A DNA stretch of 63,935 nt, counting the filler, from an uncultured Methanoregulaceae archaeon (GTDB lineage Archaea; Halobacteriota; Methanomicrobia; Methanomicrobiales; Methanospirillaceae): NCBI GenBank assembly GCA_964530035.1. It is 3 parts of 3 records of this genome, joined end to end, with 100 filler letters (N's around TTAATTAATTAA, not from the genome) between each part and the next. Parts side by side here need not be neighbours in the genome. Positions count along the whole stretch, not along the records: positions 54,804 to 63,935 come from CAZGXZ010000101.1; 2 more parts are not named here. One strand, 5' to 3'. The translations under genes were made by a program, and so were the position numbers. Below the pieces are notes generated by a model. It saw only the letters and a list, made by a program, of their open reading frames with translations, was not told where the DNA came from and made no database searches. Below are positions 58,547 through 63,935 of this stretch, in pieces; position 1 is the stretch's first letter, and each line of letters starts with the position of its first letter.

Positions 58547-58801
58547 GACGATGTACCCTCCTACAAGGGAATGGCAGGGCTAGGATAAAATCCTGTCATA
58601 CCTGGTCGCCCTTTACAATCCCAAGACCATCAGTACAAAATCTTCCCGTAAACGGAGGACATGCCTGATACCTGACTCCAGGACGGGCTGGGTGTAACCA
58701 TCATCGCCTGGAGATTACCGCAGTCCCGGGCCCCGGGTGATGGTGCACGTTGTTCACGCCCTGGCCTTATCCTTATCTCTTTATGAGGGCTGTTCTTTCA
58801 T

Positions 58802-60529
58802 TCATTCCCGGAAGGTGTCCTGGTCTGCGTCAACGAACCGGTATCCTCCTCTCGGGACGACGATCTCAAACCGTGCCCCTTTGCCCGGGAGGCTCGTCTC
58901 CCTGATCGCGATGTTTGAAACCGACAGGATCTCCCGCGACAGGAACAGGCCGAAGCCTGTTGTAGTGCTGCCACCCCTTGTAAACAGGGTCTTCCGCGCA
59001 GCTTCCGATATCCCTTTTCCGTCGTCTTCACAGGTGATGACCAGTCCTTCGCCGGTCTCCTGCGAAGATACCCGGATTGTCCTCATGGATCCTCCGCTGT
59101 GGCGGATTGTATTGTCAAAGAGATTGAAAAAGACTTTTTCGAGGAGCGGGTCTGCTAGTACCTGCAGTCCCGGGCGGTGGAATTTAAGCTCGTACTGTAC
59201 CATGGGGAGCCCGCCCCTGGCCTGGATGATGACCTGGTTTATACTTTGCCACGACGGTCGTTTCGAGCCTAGTTCCTGGTAATTCCTGGTAAACGTAATC
59301 TGGTTTTCGATGGTGTTCACGGCCGCCATCGCGTTTTCAACAAATCCTCTGCTTCTATCAGGGGTGTCCTGATAATCAAGGGCCAGCTGCAGGAACCCTT
59401 TCAATGCGAAGACCTGGTTGAGAATGTCCTGTCTTGTCACGCTTGAGAGGAGGTTGAGCTTCTGGTTGGTCAGGATCAGGGTGTCCTCGATGTGCTTCTG
59501 CCACGTTATATCCCTGCCGACGCCCTGGATTTCAAAAATGTCCCCGCTATCCTTGAAAATCCCCCGGATAACCCAGTGGAGCCACGACTCCTGCCCATCC
59601 TGCATGATCGCCCGGTGGGTTACCTGGGTGACCGGTTTCACCGGTGTGAGGGTGCTTATGGCGGCCGCCACGGACTTCCGCTCATCCCCGGGTATATGCG
59701 AGATCTCCCCCAATTTTGGCAGATGGTCCCGTTCTACGGAGAAAAAGCGACAGAAGGCATCGTTTACAAAAGTATAGGTGCCGTCAGGAAGTGCCCTGAA
59801 GATGAACTCCGTCTGGTCCTCGACGACGCTCCGGTACCTCTCCTCGCTCTCCCGGATGAGCGAGGCGGTATCCTCCAGCTGTTTTCGCTCCCGTTCGTTG
59901 CGGTCCAGGATGAAGAAAAAGAACAGGACGATGAGTAAAGCGACCCCTGCCCCGGCGACCACGACAAGGACATCAGCCATGATCCGGTTGTTCCAGTACC
60001 TGGCATCCACGTCCATACCGAACACTGCCAGGAGTTTTCCCGAAGCCGGGTCGTGTATAGGGACAAGGGAACTGACCCATGTGCCCCAGCGGTCCGGGTA
60101 CGGTCCGATGGTGGCTGCTCTCTCTCTTCGGAAAAGGTCGATGAGTTCAGGGGACGCTTCCTGGTAATCCTGCCCGGGAGGAGAATAGTCCCTGGATCCG
60201 GGAGGTTCTGAATCGACATAAAAAAACAGGAGGCCGTCAGGCCGCTGACCCATGAAGTAGGCAAACCGGATGGAAGGGTCGGCGACAGGCAGGTCTGACA
60301 GGTGGGCCTTGAGTTCCTGGTATTCATTAAGATCAAGATCGGACTGAGAACCGCTCAACGCTGATACAAAGCTCGTGTTGAACCCCGTTATGACCAGTTT
60401 TGCCTTGATGAGGGCCTCCTCCCTCATCGACCGGTCCGACTGGGATGCTACAAACACGGCGAGCAGGGTCCCGGAACAGAGTATGACCACCACACCGATA
60501 ACCAACCAGTATCTGCGGTCGATGTTCAT
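58802..60529 (-). CDS. Membrane sensor histidine kinase-like protein (Cache-like, PAS, HATPase) with H-box His replaced by Gln
   Basis: SEERYR, PAS ending GRDIT, LSSVTRQDILNQ, NLFDNTIRH, DDGKGI, GFGLFL. Confidence 0.9.
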   Translation of the reverse strand: MNIDRRYWLVIGVVVILCSGTLLAVFVASQSDRSMREEALIKAKLVITGFNTSFVSALSGSQSDLDLNEYQELKAHLSDLPVADPSIRFAYFMGQRPDGLLFFYVDSEPPGSRDYSPPGQDYQEASPELIDLFRRERAATIGPYPDRWGTWVSSLVPIHDPASGKLLAVFGMDVDARYWNNRIMADVLVVVAGAGVALLIVLFFFFILDRNERERKQLEDTASLIRESEERYRSVVEDQTEFIFRALPDGTYTFVNDAFCRFFSVERDHLPKLGEISHIPGDERKSVAAAISTLTPVKPVTQVTHRAIMQDGQESWLHWVIRGIFKDSGDIFEIQGVGRDITWQKHIEDTLILTNQKLNLLSSVTRQDILNQVFALKGFLQLALDYQDTPDRSRGFVENAMAAVNTIENQITFTRNYQELGSKRPSWQSINQVIIQARGGLPMVQYELKFHRPGLQVLADPLLEKVFFNLFDNTIRHSGGSMRTIRVSSQETGEGLVITCEDDGKGISEAARKTLFTRGGSTTTGFGLFLSREILSVSNIAIRETSLPGKGARFEIVVPRGGYRFVDADQDTFRE

Positions 60530-61061
60530 GGTACCCTTACCGTCCCTGTCGTCCCGTCCATCTGGCTCCAGTGAAATTGTTCACGCTTTGGCCGGACAAT
60601 AATCGCCCTGAACTCCTTACCGGAATTTACAGGCGAAAGATGTGTGGCGTCAATCCCGGGAGACGAAGAGATCCTCTCCCCTGTCTTCCGGGAGCACTCT
60701 GGTATTCTCATTCTCATTCATATAGAGGTATCGAAAACGTACGTTTCATGATCGGGACAAATTAAAACGACATCAGTCCTTGATTATGTCAGGGGAATAC
60801 GACATTTCTTATCCATTTTCCTCCAAAGGGAATGAACCGGACGTCATCGTTTCCATCCCTGACCTGGTGTACCTGGCAGGTAGTCCAACGGGGTCGGTCT
60901 TGTTTTAAATTGACATAAAACAGGTATTTTTAAATTTGAACTTATTAAATCGCTTATTTGCGTTTCACTAGTATAATAAAAATCATATTTGATAGGATCA
61001 TATTGGTTCAAGGTATGGTGACGGCAAAAATCCTCCCGAAGAAAAAAGCGGGGTCCCGGCC

Positions 61062-61883
61062 ATGACCTCGCTCCTGAACAGTCTCCAGACAAAACTAACC
61101 GTGGCATTTGTCATTCTTATTCTCCTGATTGCAGGGCTCACGTTCTTCTATACATACGGCCAGACAAAGGATGCTCTCAAGGAATCTGTCCGTGATGAAC
61201 TCGCCCAGGTAGCCGGGGTCATGTCGACCCAGGTTTCCGGGGATGCAGTATTAGCCCTTAAACCCGGGGATGAAGGGACTCCTGCATTCAAGGAACTCCA
61301 GGACAAGCTTCTGAAACTCCGGAGCCAGAGTACTATTACCAAGAATGCTTATATTATGAAGCTTTCCGGAACCGATATCGTCTTCGTTGTTGATGATATT
61401 TATGGGACGGATGCGGACGCAGCCACTATCGGAGAAGTATATGACTCTCCAGACCGGCAGCAGATCCTCGCGGCATTCTCATCGCCTACCGCCTCGAATG
61501 ACTTTTACACCGACAGGTGGGGGACCTTCATCTCCGGGTATGCCCCTGTCCTCGACAGTACGGGCAAGGCGGTAGCAGTCCTCGGGGTGGACATGGACGC
61601 ATCAGCGGTCATTGCCCGCCAGGACTTCATCGGATATACGATTTATCTCATCCTGGCAATTGCCGTACTCATCGCAGGCATTATCATATTGTTCTTTTCC
61701 CGAACGCTCATCCGGGACATCAAGAGCCTGAATGATGCCGCAACGAAGATCAGCATGGGTGATATGACCGCCATGGTCGAAGTCGAGAGAAACGATGAAA
61801 TCGGAGACCTTGCCCGCTCATTCTCACGAATGGTAGCCAGCCTCAAGATCATGATGGGGGCAGCGGATGAGGGCCAGCAGTAG
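61062..61883 (+). CDS. Membrane receptor with Cache-like sensor and terminal HAMP, no output domain
   Basis: TM, YTDRWGTFISGYAPV, TM, then IKSLNDAATKISMGD...RNDEIGDLARSFSRM and stop. Confidence 0.88.
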   Translation: MTSLLNSLQTKLTVAFVILILLIAGLTFFYTYGQTKDALKESVRDELAQVAGVMSTQVSGDAVLALKPGDEGTPAFKELQDKLLKLRSQSTITKNAYIMKLSGTDIVFVVDDIYGTDADAATIGEVYDSPDRQQILAAFSSPTASNDFYTDRWGTFISGYAPVLDSTGKAVAVLGVDMDASAVIARQDFIGYTIYLILAIAVLIAGIIILFFSRTLIRDIKSLNDAATKISMGDMTAMVEVERNDEIGDLARSFSRMVASLKIMMGAADEGQQ

Positions 61884-61894
61884 ACGGTGGGCTG

Positions 61895-62122
61895 ATGAGT
61901 GTACTATCAGAAAAAGTCCTCAAAGAGACCACGGTTTACCTCGGTCCGGCATCAAAGATGTTCCTTGAACGCCAGACAAAAGGCCACATGAACGGCCTCA
62001 TGTTTGACCAGCTGGAACCGAAACACCTGGCGGAGCTGGGAAAATGGATAGAAATCTCGGCTGGTCTTCTCATCCCCAGGGAGAAGGCAAAAGAGCTTGC
62101 AGACAAGATTAAGTCGATGTAA
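61895..62122 (+). CDS. Small helical protein, possibly STAC-like
   Basis: 75 aa, 11 nt after the HAMP gene; YLGPAS..FLERQ...AGLLIP.EKA. Confidence 0.7.
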   Translation: MSVLSEKVLKETTVYLGPASKMFLERQTKGHMNGLMFDQLEPKHLAELGKWIEISAGLLIPREKAKELADKIKSM

Positions 62123-62534
62123 CCTTTCCCGGTCTTTTTTTAATATCTGCCTTCATCAGGCGCCCCTATCAAGAGAGAGGTCTTCTGAAGGATACAATTA
62201 TATCCTGTCTACCCGGCTTCATGACAGGGAATTTAGAGATTTATGGCAGGACAGGAAATTCTTCCTCCCTCCTGTCGGCCATCAGCCACAACCGGGAAAA
62301 TTTTCTCCCCTATTAGTAGCGAGTGGATCAAAGGATCCTTTAAAAGCCGTATTTCTCAATAGAATTACAATTTGAGAGGATATTGCTCATTGGCAATAAC
62401 CGGGACCATATTATTGGTGTCTTCCCTGTGCATGCATCCCGCTGACAGGAATTGTATCGCAAGGAACTGGTCAGGATAGTATTATGTGGGTATACTCTCT
62501 TTCAGACAACTATCCCAGGCAGGAGGTTGGACCC

Positions 62535-63161
62535 ATGACACTGCTATCCCAGGAGAAATCAGTGCACCGATTACGAGAGATCATCGAGAGCCAGGACAAC
62601 CACCCGGTCTTCCAGACCATCTGTGAACGGACAGTGATCCCCCAGAAACAGATGTTTCTCCTCCTTTCGAAGCGGTCTATACCAACGCTCGACCATGATG
62701 GGCTAAAAAACCTCCACGAAGTCCTGAAAAATACCATTACCGGTGGAATCCGGGATACCTATGCAGAGCAGCTGTTGAGCGGGGATATCGTATCCGTCCG
62801 GGAGCACCTGTCTGACCTGGTCTATGGGGATGCTCCTTTCATAGACCGCTATCATCGTTTCAGGCGGCACCATCCCGGGTTCGGACCAGGGAACATCACC
62901 TGCATCCTCTCCCTGCTCTTCCCCAACAGGTACATGATCGTCTGCAGGGAATCAGAGATCGGAATGAAGATACTGGAATCGGAGGGGGTCATCTCATTTG
63001 GAAACCGGAAGACGTTCGATGAAAAGGACGGCAACGTATACCAAGCGTATGTTGACTTCTGTCAGGAAGTCCTCGGTCTCCTCCACCGTGGGCTGTCGCT
63101 TGAATCAGCGAATCTCCTGACGGTCCATGAACTGTTCGTATTCGTGAAGAGGACCTCCTGA
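62535..63161 (+). CDS. Hypothetical helical protein with HhH-like motif
   Basis: GGAGG RBS; HPGFGPGNITCILSLLFP. Confidence 0.65.
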   Translation: MTLLSQEKSVHRLREIIESQDNHPVFQTICERTVIPQKQMFLLLSKRSIPTLDHDGLKNLHEVLKNTITGGIRDTYAEQLLSGDIVSVREHLSDLVYGDAPFIDRYHRFRRHHPGFGPGNITCILSLLFPNRYMIVCRESEIGMKILESEGVISFGNRKTFDEKDGNVYQAYVDFCQEVLGLLHRGLSLESANLLTVHELFVFVKRTS

Positions 63162-63278
63162 AGGAACCAGCCCTTTATGAAGCACGGATGATGGTACACC
63201 AGCAGTCATATGGCATCCCCGGGGTACAGGGGAAGGGCGACACCCCCTGTATTTCCTTATAAGGAGCACGCTCATTCC

Positions 63279-63935
63279 ATGACCGGCCATGGGCCTGATG
63301 CCTGTCTTGAAGGAATTCTTGCCCTTGGCGGCGACGACCGGTGGAGGATTGACCGGGCCCACGTGGTCAGGAACGTCACGGCCTATTGTGTCCGGTCATT
63401 CGACAACAATGCGCTGATTTTTGCCATACCCGTGCTCGTCTCCCGCCCGTTCCTGTCAGAAATCTCTCTCGGTCCACGGGGAGCATCCGGGGCTGTCGCC
63501 TCCATCATCGAGCACATCAAGAAAAAGGCCCGGACAGAAGCCGGATTGGGGCCTCTGACCGGGCGGAACACCCACTCCCCTGGATTATTTGCAGCATTCA
63601 CCGAGCCATTTACCATCGTGACATCCCCCTCCGCACTTGCATCGGACATCTGGCATGCAGGTGACCGCAATTTCGCTGATCCTGCAGGGGTTCACCTCCT
63701 GCTCAACGGGGCAGTCCCCTGTCCGGCAACCTTCTCCCAACAGGAGGTCGCATCGGTAACAGAAGCGGTCGCACACATGTGTGATACGGTCGCAGGAATC
63801 GTATTCGCAGTTCCCGTCCCGGAACTGGTCCGTGCATGGACTTCAGCCCTTGACCAGCGGATGCTCAGGGACAGGCTCCCGGAGCTGGGACTGGTCGCTT
63901 TTATCGGGGACGGGACACGGCTTGCCCGTTGGTAT
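63279..63935 (+). CDS. Predicted ABC-class ATPase family protein, N-terminal part (runs off the window)
   Basis: Manual translation is open to the window end; DQRMLRDRLPELGLVAFIGDGTRL motif. Confidence 0.75.
   Translation, partial: MTGHGPDACLEGILALGGDDRWRIDRAHVVRNVTAYCVRSFDNNALIFAIPVLVSRPFLSEISLGPRGASGAVASIIEHIKKKARTEAGLGPLTGRNTHSPGLFAAFTEPFTIVTSPSALASDIWHAGDRNFADPAGVHLLLNGAVPCPATFSQQEVASVTEAVAHMCDTVAGIVFAVPVPELVRAWTSALDQRMLRDRLPELGLVAFIGDGTRLARWY

Noticed and set aside
1..63935. CRISPR arrays, rRNA, tRNA, provirus, and vgrG/PAAR genes
   Set aside because: No spaced direct-repeat array, RNA gene signature or viral/injection structural gene was recognised by eye.

Overview
GC-rich archaeal chromosome segment, most consistent with a Methanomicrobiales methanogen of Methanoregulaceae/Methanolinea type. 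The basis is GGAGG/GGTGA ribosome-binding sites, TTTATA boxes, a kinase of the 'LNLLSSxTRHDILNQ' type and sheath-like proteins; the taxon is an inference. The window is at least three contigs joined by N-padded TTAATTAATTAA linkers (28551-28650, 54704-54803), with a further 10-N gap at 43946-43955. Most genes are ordinary accessory or housekeeping genes: Mo/W and Zn/Mn ABC transporters, NSS/MFS/CDF transporters, flavodoxins, an SDR, an ornithine decarboxylase-like enzyme, an MNT-HEPN toxin-antitoxin pair, an IS481 remnant, an AddAB-like helicase-nuclease and a trpF fragment. The standout is a translationally coupled three-gene operon (12440-14742) encoding a DUF4123 (Tap-1/TEC) T6SS-type effector chaperone, its separately encoded helical partner, and an effector-like protein with transthyretin-like domains and a compositionally distinct C-terminus. 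This is a bacterial contractile-injection cargo module in an archaeon. Other notable items: tandem sheath-protein (MspA)-like paralogs; a histidine kinase lacking its phospho-His, divergent from an output-less HAMP receptor and a STAC-like small protein; a dispersed non-coding repeat family with REP-like hairpins; two inferred operator motifs; and a candidate structured sRNA. All family calls come from motif recognition by eye; no database searches were run.
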